A stretch of 64,000 bases of DNA from an uncultured delta proteobacterium. Its GTDB lineage: Bacteria > Myxococcota_A > Polyangia > Fen-1088. The stretch is taken from the NCBI GenBank assembly GCA_963796685.1, contig CAWCMR010000008.1, positions 704,001-768,000 of the forward strand, written 5' to 3'. The stretch's first letter is position 1, and each line of letters opens with the position of its first letter. The notes under the pieces are model-generated. The model searched no databases, was not told the DNA's origin, and worked only from the letters and a program-made list of their open reading frames with translations. Both the position numbers and the translations under genes were made by a program. This document shows, one piece after another, positions 1 to 10,100 of this stretch.

Positions 1-220
1 CGATCAGGCGCTGGACCACGCCCGGGAACGGCCGTAGCCCGTCGAAACTGGCCAGGCGCGCGGCAAGGCTGTTCGCCGCGCGAAGATCGGACTCACTAGG
101 GGAGGCGCCATCAAGCCACAGGTCCGTCAACTCCCTGACATCGTCTGGCGCCAGCGACCGCTTTTCCACGTCCCCCTTTTCGGCACGTCAGCCAGAAAGC
201 TTAGCCGCGGGCGGGAAAAA

Positions 221-943
221 TCAGTTCTTCATGACATCGAGATTGTGGCACGCGCTGCTGTCGCCTCCCCGGCACGCCTTGCGGTAGAGATTGGCGGCGC
301 GGGCGTCGTCCTTGGCCAGGCCGCACTGGCCCTTGTTGTAACAAACGCCGAGATTGTTGCACATGCTCGACTCGCCGCCGGCGCACGCCTTCTCGTACAG
401 CATGACGGCGCGCTCGCTGCTCTTCGTCAAGCCGCAGCCGCCGAATTCGTAACACACGCCCAGTTGGCCGCACGCGTTCATGTCGCCACCATCGCAGGCC
501 TTCTCGTACATGTCGAAGCCGCGCTGGCCATCCACGCCAAGACCGCAACCGCCGGTCCAATAACAGCCGCCCAGGCGCGTGCACGCTTCCATGACGCCTG
601 CCTCGCAGGCCTTTCTGTAGTAGACGGCCGCGCGCGGATCGTCGTCCTCGAAATTGGGCAGGGCGCGGTTACCGAGGACGATGATCCTGAAGATACAGAA
701 GATCACGACCACGCCGGACGCAGCCAGGCTCCCGATCTGGAGGGGAAGCTTCATTTCCTTGTCGCGTCGACCGAGCAGCGTCAGTACCACGCACAAGCCG
801 CAGACTCCAACCACGACCAAGCGGGCGATCCGAATCCCGTGCAAGGACCAGATGAGTGGAACGCGACCAAGTGGAAGGAAGCATGCCAACGTTCCAACGA
901 GCGTCACGATCAGGATGGCGAGACGTTGTCTGTGAATGCGCAT
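221..943 (-). CDS. Membrane-anchored Cys-rich Sel1-like repeat protein
   Basis: Three N-terminal hydrophobic helices followed by about 3.5 Sel1 units (e.g. YEKACDGGDMNACGQLGVCYEFGGCG). Confidence 0.85.
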   Translation of the reverse strand: MRIHRQRLAILIVTLVGTLACFLPLGRVPLIWSLHGIRIARLVVVGVCGLCVVLTLLGRRDKEMKLPLQIGSLAASGVVVIFCIFRIIVLGNRALPNFEDDDPRAAVYYRKACEAGVMEACTRLGGCYWTGGCGLGVDGQRGFDMYEKACDGGDMNACGQLGVCYEFGGCGLTKSSERAVMLYEKACAGGESSMCNNLGVCYNKGQCGLAKDDARAANLYRKACRGGDSSACHNLDVMKN

Positions 944-1090
944 ACTGCTCTACGACGGCCAAACAAGCTCGCCACGCGTGGCGAGGCGCGCGACGGTAAG
1001 GATGGCTTCCCCACCGTCCCGCCTTGCATTGGATATCGACGGATCGGTACGGAGCTTGAGCCTGAGGGCTGGCGCGAGCATCCGCCCGGC

Positions 1091-1615
1091 TCAGCTCGGC
1101 AAACGAAACGCGAGCAGCATGCGCACGGTCCAGTAGACGACCCAGCCGCCTAGAAGGACCAGCAGCACCCAAATCCGATGGGGCAGGTGTGGGCTTTGCA
1201 AGAGGTTGGCGCGCATGGCCTCGCGAAAGACAAGCAGCAGAAACAGCAACATTGCGCAGCCGAACCCGACCAGGAAGGACTGCAACCTCTCCGCCGTGCG
1301 TGCCCGGCGTTCGGGGGAAAACCAGTAGTCCTTGTTGGGCAGGTTGATCATACCGGGTGGCAGGCGCACGACGAAGATGGGCGCGAGCCCGAAGAGCAGA
1401 GCCATGAGCCCCAGCACGCCGAGCTGGACGGCGAAGAAGTCGTCCTTGGGCATGAAGGCGTTGGCGTTTCCGCTGGCGTCGAAATGCGAGGCCATGCGCA
1501 CGGGCAAGCGCGGGTAGTACCATGCCATCTGCGCCAGTGTGGCGCCGACCAGCGCCAAGAACACAATCCGAGTCACGGTGAAGAGTCGCCGGGTTGGAAG
1601 ATTCCCTACGGGCAT
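1091..1615 (-). CDS. DUF1648-domain membrane protein
   Basis: YYPRLPVRMASHFDASGNANAF motif typical of DUF1648 plus four TM segments; start placed at the in-frame ATG at 1615. Confidence 0.75.
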   Translation of the reverse strand: MPVGNLPTRRLFTVTRIVFLALVGATLAQMAWYYPRLPVRMASHFDASGNANAFMPKDDFFAVQLGVLGLMALLFGLAPIFVVRLPPGMINLPNKDYWFSPERRARTAERLQSFLVGFGCAMLLFLLLVFREAMRANLLQSPHLPHRIWVLLVLLGGWVVYWTVRMLLAFRLPS

Positions 1616-1649
1616 GTGGAGAGCAGCGTAGCGCGGTCCCGGCTCCTCG

Positions 1650-3278
1650 TCAGCTTTGTTCCGCCCGCTTGAGCTTGCGCCACAGGGTCGCGGTGCTGAT
1701 GCCCAAGATCGCGGCCGCCTGGCGGCGGTTGCCCCCGGTCTGGCGAAGGACATCCTGGATGTGCGCCTCGGCAACCTCGTCGAGCGAGCGTTTGCCTGCG
1801 GATCGCCCAAGTCCTGCCGTGCGATGCACGATGGCCGATGGGAGAAGATCCGGGGTCAGTTGGCCGTCGCGCGAGAGGATGGCCGCGTGCTCGATGGCGT
1901 TCTCGAGCTCGCGCACGTTGCCGGGCCAGGGATAGTTGGTCAGAAGGTTGATGGATTCGGCGGACAGGCGCAGGGCCGGCAGCTTCAGCTTGGTGCGAAA
2001 GCGTTCCACGAAGAACCGCGCCAGGGGCAGGATGTCTTCGCGCCGCTGCCGCAATGGCGGAATGGCGACCTCCACCACGCGCAGACGATAGTAGAGATCC
2101 TCGCGAAAGGTTCCGGCGGTCATGGCAACGGCCAGGTCGCGATTGGTGGCCGCCAACACGCGCACGTTGATGGGACGGTTCTTGCTCTCGCCCACGCGGC
2201 GGATCTCGCGTTCCTGCAGCACGCGCAGCAGCTTGACCTGCGTGGCATGAGAGATCTCGCCGATCTCGTCGAGGAAAAGCGTGCCGCCAGCCGCACTTTC
2301 GAACAACCCCGCGTGATCGGACACCGCGCCGGTGAAGGAGCCCGCTTTGTGGCCGAACAGCTCGGAGTCGAGCAAGCTCTCCGGCAGGGCGCCGCAGTTG
2401 ATGGCCAGAAAGGGCCCCTTGCTTCTGGCCGATCGGCCGTGGATCAAGCGTGCGACCACCTCCTTGCCCACGCCGCTCTCCCCGGTGATGAGCACGGACG
2501 AATCGAAGGGCGCGATGCGCGTTGCCAGCTCGAGCACGCGCGTGAACGCGGGACTTCGGACCTCGACCAGCGGCGGCTTCTCCAGCCGCTCGAGCGTCGA
2601 CAACCGGCGGGTGTTGACCTCAAGCGCGCGGGTGACCTGGCGGAGCTTGTCGGTGAGGGTTCGGATCTTCCCTTTGATGTCGTCGGCGGAAAAGTAGGCC
2701 AGCGGCGCCGCGGGATCGCCGGCCCACGAGGCGACGTCCTTGCCCACGGCCGAGCAGACCCGTCCGCCTTGCGCACGGCAAGTCAGCTCGACGAAGTAGA
2801 TGGAGCGATTGAGGGCATAGGACATGAACCCGCTGGCGTAGCCCGCCAGCATCCAACACACTGGATGCTCGGCCTTGCCCAGATGGGCCACGTGCTCCTC
2901 CGCTTCCCCCGATCCATGCCAGGTCACGTCCATGAAGAAGTGGCCGTCCTTGTCCCCGGTTTCGTCCAGATCGAGGTGCTTGGTCACCCAGCGGGCCACG
3001 CCCTGCATGGCGTGCAGACGCGGTCCGGCCTTCACGAGCTCGAGAGGCTTGCTCCAGGAAAAGACCCGGCGCATGGCCGCCGCGTCCGCCTGGCCCCAGA
3101 AGTAGGCATAGCGGGTGAGAATTCGACGCGCTTGCCTGGCGCCGACCATTTCGTACAGATCCTGGCGAAACTGGGCAAACGCGTCCGTGCTGTGCAGCAC
3201 CAGCCTCCGGCCCTGGAAGTCGATGACGCCATCGCGGAAGGTGAAGAGCTCGTCGAAGCGCAGATCGTCGGCACGCAT
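1650..3278 (-). CDS. Sigma54-dependent enhancer-binding protein, XylR/DmpR family (XylR_N-V4R-AAA+-HTH)
   Basis: V4R motifs ([24 protein letters not shown]), Walker [31 protein letters not shown], Fis-type HTH; start could be 3299/3302. Confidence 0.93.
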   Translation of the reverse strand: MRADDLRFDELFTFRDGVIDFQGRRLVLHSTDAFAQFRQDLYEMVGARQARRILTRYAYFWGQADAAAMRRVFSWSKPLELVKAGPRLHAMQGVARWVTKHLDLDETGDKDGHFFMDVTWHGSGEAEEHVAHLGKAEHPVCWMLAGYASGFMSYALNRSIYFVELTCRAQGGRVCSAVGKDVASWAGDPAAPLAYFSADDIKGKIRTLTDKLRQVTRALEVNTRRLSTLERLEKPPLVEVRSPAFTRVLELATRIAPFDSSVLITGESGVGKEVVARLIHGRSARSKGPFLAINCGALPESLLDSELFGHKAGSFTGAVSDHAGLFESAAGGTLFLDEIGEISHATQVKLLRVLQEREIRRVGESKNRPINVRVLAATNRDLAVAMTAGTFREDLYYRLRVVEVAIPPLRQRREDILPLARFFVERFRTKLKLPALRLSAESINLLTNYPWPGNVRELENAIEHAAILSRDGQLTPDLLPSAIVHRTAGLGRSAGKRSLDEVAEAHIQDVLRQTGGNRRQAAAILGISTATLWRKLKRAEQS

Positions 3279-3282
3279 GAGC

Positions 3283-3317
3283 GTTTCAATATGAAACATC
3301 ACATTTCATTTTGCAAC
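3283..3317. promoter_or_regulatory. Putative tandem upstream activator sites for the divergent bEBP
   Basis: Palindrome GTTTCA-ATA-TGAAAC (3283-3297) and a related copy ATTTCA-TTT-TGCAAC (3303-3317), about 80-110 bp upstream of a sigma54 motif; conspicuously AT-rich. Confidence 0.6.
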
Positions 3318-3393
3318 ACCGGCGACGGGGTTCGCTCCGCGGCATCTCCGACAACCAGGCGTACCGACTGCAGCATCCGGAATCGCACCGCCC

Positions 3394-3409
3394 CGGCATG
3401 GGCCTTGCT
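3394..3409 (+). promoter_or_regulatory. Sigma54 (-24/-12) promoter
   Basis: CGGCATGGGCCTTGCT = GG-N10-GC with TTGC, about 50 bp upstream of the M20 gene and opposite a sigma54 activator gene. Confidence 0.75.
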
Positions 3410-3460
3410 GTACGTCCTTGGCAAAGGCCAGCCGGTGCGCGGCCCACACGAAAGGACCCC

Positions 3461-4678
3461 ATGTACGATCTGCTCAAGAACAAGCTCGAAGGATTGCAAG
3501 GCGAAATGGTCGCGTTCGCCCAGGAACTGCTCAGGACGCGCAGCCGCAGCGGCGACGAAAGCAAGGCCGCGGGACTGGTCGTGGACCAGATGAACGCCCT
3601 TGGCTTCGACCAGGTATCGACCGACGAGCTTGGCAATGTCGTGGGGGTTCTCCACGGCGTCGAAGACGGCCCCACCTTGATGCTCGCCAGCCACATGGAC
3701 ACGGTCGGTACCGGCAATCTTTCCACCTGGGACGAATCGCCTTGGAGCGGACGCATCGAGAGCGGCCGCTTGCACGGTCTCGGCGCCGCGGACTGCAAGG
3801 GGGGACTCGCGGCGCAGGTCTTCGCCGCGGGGCTCATCAAACGCAGTCTTCTGCCGTTGCGCGGAAACCTGGTGGTGGCAGCGACGGTTCTGGAAGAGAA
3901 CGGCATCTCCATCGGCATGCGCGGCTTGCTCAGCCACACGCTCAAGGACATGGGGCTCGTGCCGGCCTACGCCGTGCTCGGCGAACCGACCGATCTCGGG
4001 CTGTACTACGGCCACGACGGCCGCGCCGAGATGGAAATCACGGTGCGCGGGATCAATCCTTTCCGCGTCTCGGACGCGGCCGAGTTGGTTTCGCGCGCGC
4101 TCGACGAGTCCGGCCACGAAGCTGCCGTCGAGGAAATCGCCGTGGGCGAGACGCGCTACGAGGACGGTCCCGGTTTCCGCCAGGCCGTCATCGCCTTGGA
4201 GCGACGCCTGGGCGCGAACGACGAGGTCAACCACCTGGTCGCGCGTATGCGCGGCGAGGCGGTGCGCGCCGCCAGCAGCATCGGCGCCGTGGACGTCGAG
4301 GTCTGCGTGCGCGAGCGCAACGAGGTCATGCCGAGCGGTCTCGTGGTCAACGCGAAACGCGTCACCCAGGCCTGGTCCACCGATCCGTTCAGTCCCCTGC
4401 TCTCACGCGCACGCCAGGCACTGTCCGCGGCGGGTTGCGAGGTTCGGCCGGGGCGCTGGAAGCTGGCCCGCCTGGGCATGGGCACCGCGGGCAGCCTGCT
4501 CGTCAACGAGCACAGCATCCCCACCATCGGCTACGGGCCAGGGCACGAAGAGCAGGCCCACCGCGAGGGCGAATCGGTGGCCATCTCGAAGTTGGTCACC
4601 TGTACCTACGGCACCGCAGCCATCGCGCACGGCCTCGTTGGCATCCCGGTTTTCGGATGGATTCCCGATAGTCTGTAG
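3461..4678 (+). CDS. M20-family metallo-amidohydrolase (ArgE/DapE/YgeY-like)
   Basis: Metal ligand motifs SHMDTV, GAADCKGG, LEEN, GEPT and GPGHEEQAH; RBS AAGGA before ATG 3461. Confidence 0.88.
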   Translation: MYDLLKNKLEGLQGEMVAFAQELLRTRSRSGDESKAAGLVVDQMNALGFDQVSTDELGNVVGVLHGVEDGPTLMLASHMDTVGTGNLSTWDESPWSGRIESGRLHGLGAADCKGGLAAQVFAAGLIKRSLLPLRGNLVVAATVLEENGISIGMRGLLSHTLKDMGLVPAYAVLGEPTDLGLYYGHDGRAEMEITVRGINPFRVSDAAELVSRALDESGHEAAVEEIAVGETRYEDGPGFRQAVIALERRLGANDEVNHLVARMRGEAVRAASSIGAVDVEVCVRERNEVMPSGLVVNAKRVTQAWSTDPFSPLLSRARQALSAAGCEVRPGRWKLARLGMGTAGSLLVNEHSIPTIGYGPGHEEQAHREGESVAISKLVTCTYGTAAIAHGLVGIPVFGWIPDSL

Positions 4679-4692
4679 CCCGCGGAGCAATA

Positions 4693-5916
4693 ATGCGTAT
4701 CATCGTGTTCAACTGCGGAAGCTCGTCGCTGAAGTACCGTCTCATCGACATGCCGAGCGAGACCGAGCTGGCCGCGGGCGAGGCCGAGCGGGTGGGGCCG
4801 AAGACGGCCCTGCCCGGCTGTATTCACCACCAGGTGGGGAGCCGGAAGGAAGACCACCCCCTGGACATGCCCGATCACGGCGCGGCCTTTTCCGCGGTGA
4901 TGAAATTGCTGGAGCGGGACTCGCGCCTCTTGCCCGAGGCCATCGGGCACCGCATGGTGCACGGCGGGGCCATCTTCAAGGGCCACGTGGTCGTCGACGA
5001 CGAGGCCTTCCATCATCTGGAGGAGGTTCAGGATCTCGCGCCCATTCACAACCCACCCGCCCTGCGCCTCTTGGCGGCGTGCCGGCAGCTCTATCCCAAG
5101 CTGCCCGAGACCGTGGTCTTCGATACCGCCTTTCACTCGACGCTTTCGCCCGCGGCGCGCACCTACGCCCTGCCCACCGAGCTGGCACGTCGCCACGGAT
5201 ATCGCAAGTACGGGTTCCACGGCACGAGCCATCAGTACGTGGCGCAAGAGGCAGCGAAGTTCCTCGGCATCCCCATGTCCGAGCTGCGCGCCGTGAGCTG
5301 CCACCTGGGCAGCGGCGGCGCCAGCCTGTGCGCCATCGTGGGCGGCAAGTCCGTCGACAACACCATGGGCTACTCGCCGCTGCAGGGGTTGGTCATGAGC
5401 ACGCGCTCGGGCGATCTGGATCCCGCCATTGCCCTCGGCCTGGTGGCGCGCGCGCAAGGCGACAGTCAATCGGTGGAGAGCATGCTCAACCGCAAGAGCG
5501 GCCTGCTCGGATTGACCGGCGTGTCCGCCGATATTCGCGATTTGGTGTCGGGCGACAGAACTGCGGATGGCACGGAACAAGGCCTGGCTCTCTCGCGCGC
5601 GGCCCAGGTCTATCTGTGGCGAATCCGCAAATACCTCGGCGCCTATCTGGTTGTCACCGAGCGTCCCCACTGCATCATCTTCACCGATACCATCGGCGAG
5701 AAGATGCCCTACGTGCGCTGGGCGGTGACCGCGGGACTCGACAAATTGGGCGTGGTGCTGGACCCGCTCAGAAACGCGGAATCACCGCCCTTGCCCGCGG
5801 ATCTGGCGGCGCGCCGAAGTCGCGTGCGCATCCTGGCCATCGCCACCAACGAAGAAGTCGCCATTGCCCGCGCCAGTTACGCTCTCCTGGCCAATCCAGA
5901 AAGGTTGCCGTCATGA
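4693..5916 (+). CDS. ackA: Acetate/propionate kinase
   Basis: NCGSSSLK, GHRMVHGG, APIHNP, FDTAFH, GFHGTSH, TRSGDLDP and TNEE all present. Confidence 0.9.
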   Translation: MRIIVFNCGSSSLKYRLIDMPSETELAAGEAERVGPKTALPGCIHHQVGSRKEDHPLDMPDHGAAFSAVMKLLERDSRLLPEAIGHRMVHGGAIFKGHVVVDDEAFHHLEEVQDLAPIHNPPALRLLAACRQLYPKLPETVVFDTAFHSTLSPAARTYALPTELARRHGYRKYGFHGTSHQYVAQEAAKFLGIPMSELRAVSCHLGSGGASLCAIVGGKSVDNTMGYSPLQGLVMSTRSGDLDPAIALGLVARAQGDSQSVESMLNRKSGLLGLTGVSADIRDLVSGDRTADGTEQGLALSRAAQVYLWRIRKYLGAYLVVTERPHCIIFTDTIGEKMPYVRWAVTAGLDKLGVVLDPLRNAESPPLPADLAARRSRVRILAIATNEEVAIARASYALLANPERLPS

Positions 5917-6995
5917 ATTCGCTCGTCCTGCTTCCCGGAAAGTCCGGCCTGCGCTACTCGCGGGTTTGTCTCGACCGCATTTGTACATGCGAAGACTCCA
6001 CTGCCTTGACCGAGGGCCTGCGTGGCACCACCGCCTCGGTGGGGGATCTCCAAGCCGTGCTCGCCGCCGCCCACGACGATCGCCCCATCGACGTGCTGAC
6101 CATCCGCGCGGTCTTCGGCGGAAGCGACTTCTCGTCGCCCATCATCGTCGACGACAAGAACCAATCGCAGCTCCTGCGTCTGGGCTCGCAATCTCCCATG
6201 TCCGTGGCCAACACCTCATCCCTGGTCATGGAAACGCGGGTCGCCTTCCCCGAGATCCCCATCGCCCTGGCGTTCGAGACCTCGTTCTTCGTCGATCTAC
6301 CCCACCGAGAGACGACCTATGCGCTCCCGGCCGGTGCGGGCCTGAGCGTTCGTCGCTGGGGCTACCACGGCCTGTTTCACGATGCGGCGACCGGCCAACT
6401 TGCGCGAACCCTTGGCCACGAGAAATGGCCTGCGCGCATGCTCTCGATCTGCCTCGATTCCCAACCTGAAATGGCCGCCGTGCTCGGGCGCACCCCACTG
6501 ACCGTCACCAGCGGCAGCACACCGCTGGAAGGACTGCCGGGCGAATTCAACTGTGGCGAGATCGATCCCTCGATTGCCCTGGCACTGGCAACCGATCCGG
6601 CCCTTGGGCCCGAACGCGCCAACCTCGTGCTCACGCGCGAAAGCGGTTTTCTGGGGATGCTGGGTTGGCCGGCGACGCTTGGCGAGGTACTGACCGAGAA
6701 GCGCGCCCGGGTCGCCCGTGTGCGGGAGCACCTGCTTTACCACATGACCCTTGCCGCGGGATCGAGCCTGGCCGCGCTCGAGGGACTCGATGGTGTGGTC
6801 TTCTCGGGCCGCTACGCCGAGCACGGAGGCAAGGTCGCCAGCTACCTCGTGCCCCGCCTGGAACGGGCTCTCGACCTGGCGGCGGGTTCGTTGCCCTGGC
6901 ACATCTGCGCGACGCCCCTCGATGCCATTGTGGCAGAAGCCGGCATCTCGGCGCTCATCGCAAGTGGCAAGGCCCACACGACTGACCTGCAATAG
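5913..6995 (+). CDS. Degenerate acetate-kinase-like protein (probable pseudokinase)
   Basis: Colinear with AckA (IRAVFGG, AFETSFF, WGYHGLFH, TPLEGLPGEFNCGEIDP, ESGFLG, VFSG) but several catalytic residues are replaced; ATGA overlap with ackA. Confidence 0.8.
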   Translation: MNSLVLLPGKSGLRYSRVCLDRICTCEDSTALTEGLRGTTASVGDLQAVLAAAHDDRPIDVLTIRAVFGGSDFSSPIIVDDKNQSQLLRLGSQSPMSVANTSSLVMETRVAFPEIPIALAFETSFFVDLPHRETTYALPAGAGLSVRRWGYHGLFHDAATGQLARTLGHEKWPARMLSICLDSQPEMAAVLGRTPLTVTSGSTPLEGLPGEFNCGEIDPSIALALATDPALGPERANLVLTRESGFLGMLGWPATLGEVLTEKRARVARVREHLLYHMTLAAGSSLAALEGLDGVVFSGRYAEHGGKVASYLVPRLERALDLAAGSLPWHICATPLDAIVAEAGISALIASGKAHTTDLQ

Positions 6996-7031
6996 CACCC
7001 GAGCCGCCATAATCCCGCGACAGCCGCAGAA

Positions 7032-7066
7032 GGCCGTGGCCGTGGCCGTGGCCGTGCAGGCCGTGG
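7032..7066. repeat. Short GGCCGT hexamer tandem repeat
   Basis: GGCCGT x4 plus one further copy in the intergenic region between convergent genes. Confidence 0.7.
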
Positions 7067-7105
7067 CTCGCGCTATTGGCAAATGGAACCGACGGTCGGG
7101 TGCTC

Positions 7106-7129
7106 GACGTCGGCCCTTCGGCTGACGTC
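7106..7129. terminator. Possible stem-loop terminator between convergent genes
   Basis: GACGTCGGCC-CTTC-GGCTGACGTC hairpin; no long U tract. Confidence 0.4.
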
Positions 7130-10100
7130 AGCCCTTTCGTCGGCGCTTCCGCGCCAGCAGCAGTGCAACCCCCGCGACGAGGAATGGCACGGTCGAGGCC
7201 GCATCCGCGGGCTTGGCCTGCCCGACCTCGCAGCTGCAACCTGACTTGTGCAGGTTCGCGTTCGCGCCTGCGTCGCCCACGCCGCCGTCACGATTGCCGC
7301 TGGCGCCGCCAAGGCCAAGGATGCTGCCGCCGGCGCCGCCCAGGCTCGAGCTGTTCCCCCCACGACCTCCTGTATTCGCAAGACCGCCGTCGTTGCCACC
7401 GCCGATCCCGCCCGAATTGGGAAGGCTGCCCCCGTCGTTTGAACCTCCGCTGCCGCCGCGGCCGAGCGTCGAAGCACCACCCGCGCCGCCGGCATTGGGA
7501 AGAGAGCCATCAGCGCCGCCGAAGTTACCGTCGGGATAGCGGGCCACGTCCACGGTGCCAAAGCCGCCATCGGGATAGCGGGGCGGATCCACCGCGATGC
7601 CGCCAACCTCGGGATAGGAGTACCCGCCGTCCGGGCCCGCGATCCCGCAATAGTAGTCGTAGTTCGAGCAGGTGCCGAAGCCATCGCAGGTGTAGCACGT
7701 GCCACACGTCACCGCGGTTTGGGGATAGGCGCAGTTCCCCACGCCGTCGCAGGTGGACTTGCACACACCGGTGCCGACGCCGCATTCACCCTGCGGATCG
7801 GTGCCCGCCGGGTATGGGCTGCACTTGCCCACCTGCCCCGCCAGGTTGCAGGACGAGCAGGTCCCCGTACACGCGCTGTCGCAGCACACGCCGTCCGCGC
7901 AATTGCCAGAAGCGCACTCGGCCGCGCTGGTGCACACCTGGCCGTTCTTGGTCTTGCAGGCTCCGGCGCCGTCGCAAGATTGGCCGCTCGAACAGCTGCC
8001 CGCCACCTCGGTCCCGGCCTTGACTAGAACACAGGTGCCTTCGGAACCGGCCACGTTGCACGACTTGCACGCGCCCGAGCACGCGGCCTCGTCGCAACAC
8101 ACGCCGTCCACGCAATTGCCGGAGGCACAGGAGGTCGCGAACGAAGCGTTGCACCCCTCGCCATTGCCCAGGCTGCTCACCCTGTATTCCCAGGTCTCGC
8201 TGGTGATGGAGCTGCTGGTCATGCTCTGACCGCCGAACAGGACCACCACGCCGCGGGCGCTGTCGAAAGCCAGGGTGCCGCCGTATTGGTTGCCGGGCGA
8301 CCCGGGCAGGGGGCGCACGTACCAAGTCGGCCCCTTGGCGTCGAGCTCCCAGGTTTCTTGGTAGCCCATGTTCGGACTGTAGGCATCGGTGAGAAGGACC
8401 TCGCGCCTGCGGATGGAATCGTACGCGACGAGATCGTAGTACCCGTAGTCGAGGGAGTCACCGGTGTCGAGCAAGCTCCAGCCCGCGGAAACCGGATCCC
8501 ACTCCCAGAACGCGCTCAAGCTGGTGCCGTAGGTTGCCCCATCGTACAAGAACATCTTCTGCCGGCCTTCGTCGTACGCCAGGATGGGGTTCGAACGAGC
8601 GGTGGGCGCCATCGCGGAAGCGGGCGGCGTTCGATTGGTCCAGGTCAGGGCGGCGCCGTCCCACTCCCAGACCTCGTTGCGCATGGGATTCTTGTAGGAG
8701 GTCCCCGGCCCCGCGTAATAGTAGTCGCTGATGCCCGCGAAGAGCAGGATCTTGTTGCGGACCGTGTCGGTCACCATGCCGGGGCCATAGAGCGGGTCCG
8801 GACTGCTCGAGGGATTGAGCTGCGTCCATTTTCGGGTGCTGCTCCCCCATTCCCAGGTATCGCCGACCGTCCCCATGGAGCCATTGCCGCCGTAAAGGAT
8901 CAGCGACTTCCGCGCCGGATCGTACGCAAGGGCCGCTTGCGTTCGGGCAGAGGGCCGCACGTCCGCGGGCACTTGCACCCAAACCTTGCCATCCCACTCC
9001 CAGAGATCGTCGAGATACTGCCCGTAGGTCGCATCGGAGCCGCCATAGACGTAGGTCTTTCCCGTCGAAGGGTTGTAGGCCATGGCCTGGCTGAAGCGGG
9101 CAGAAGGCACATCGAGGGGCGGCGTGCGGTCGGCGAACGCCGGCGTGGCTGGATCGAGCTCCCACACGTCCCGCGAACCGGCGCCACCACCACCCATACC
9201 GGGCGGTCGGATCTTGATCCCGGCATCCGCCATCCCGTACGAGCCGTACGGCGCCACACCGGCCACCAACTCCATCCGCGCATCCGCGTCGTCCGCGACC
9301 AAGGAGGCGTACATGCGAGGCGAAGGCACGCCGCTCTCGCTTCCGGTCAGCCGCTCGGTCCAGACACCGGTCGTGGGCTCCCACTCCCAAAGATCGTTCA
9401 GGCTTCCACCGCTGCCGATGTCCCACCCGCCGAAGACCATGACTTTCTTGCGGTTGCCGTCGAAGGCCATGGCGTGGGCATAGCGCTGGCTCGGTTTTGT
9501 GCCTGAGGCGGTTCGTTCGGTCCAAGTCGCGGCCGCGGGATCCCACTCCCAGGTGTCCTGCTTGGGAACGCCCGCTGCATTGGCGAGATCGGTTTGCATA
9601 CCCGCGAAAAGCACGGCCTTGTTCCGCGAGGAATCCCACACCAGGCCGAAGTCGTGCCGGCCCGAAGGCGTGCTGGTCACCGTCAGCTCCGTCCAGGTAT
9701 GCGCGGCCGGGTCATACTCCCACGTGTCACCGAGAGAAACCGTGATTCCGGTCCCATCGTAGGAAGCCGAGTCGCTGCGACCGCCACCGAAGAGCAGAGT
9801 CTTGCCCGTGGACTTCTCGTACACCATGCCGTGTTGGCTGCGCGCAGAGGGATGAGCACCGGCCGCGCTGACGTCGGCCCACGCGCCCGTCGCCGGATCC
9901 CACTCCCACGTATCCTCATAGTCGAAGGCACTGCCGGCTCGGCCGCCGAAGAGCACGAGCTTGCCGCGAGCGGAGTCGAACACCATGGCCGCGCCCGAAC
10001 GCGCTTGCGGTGCAGCGCCGGCACCGGTTCGATTGGTCCACTTCCCCGTCGCAGGGCTCCATTCCCAGGTCTCTTGGTTGGGCGTCACCCCTCCCGTGCT

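Noticed and set aside
1-200. Gene end or ncRNA at the window start
   Set aside because: Too little sequence and no recognisable motif
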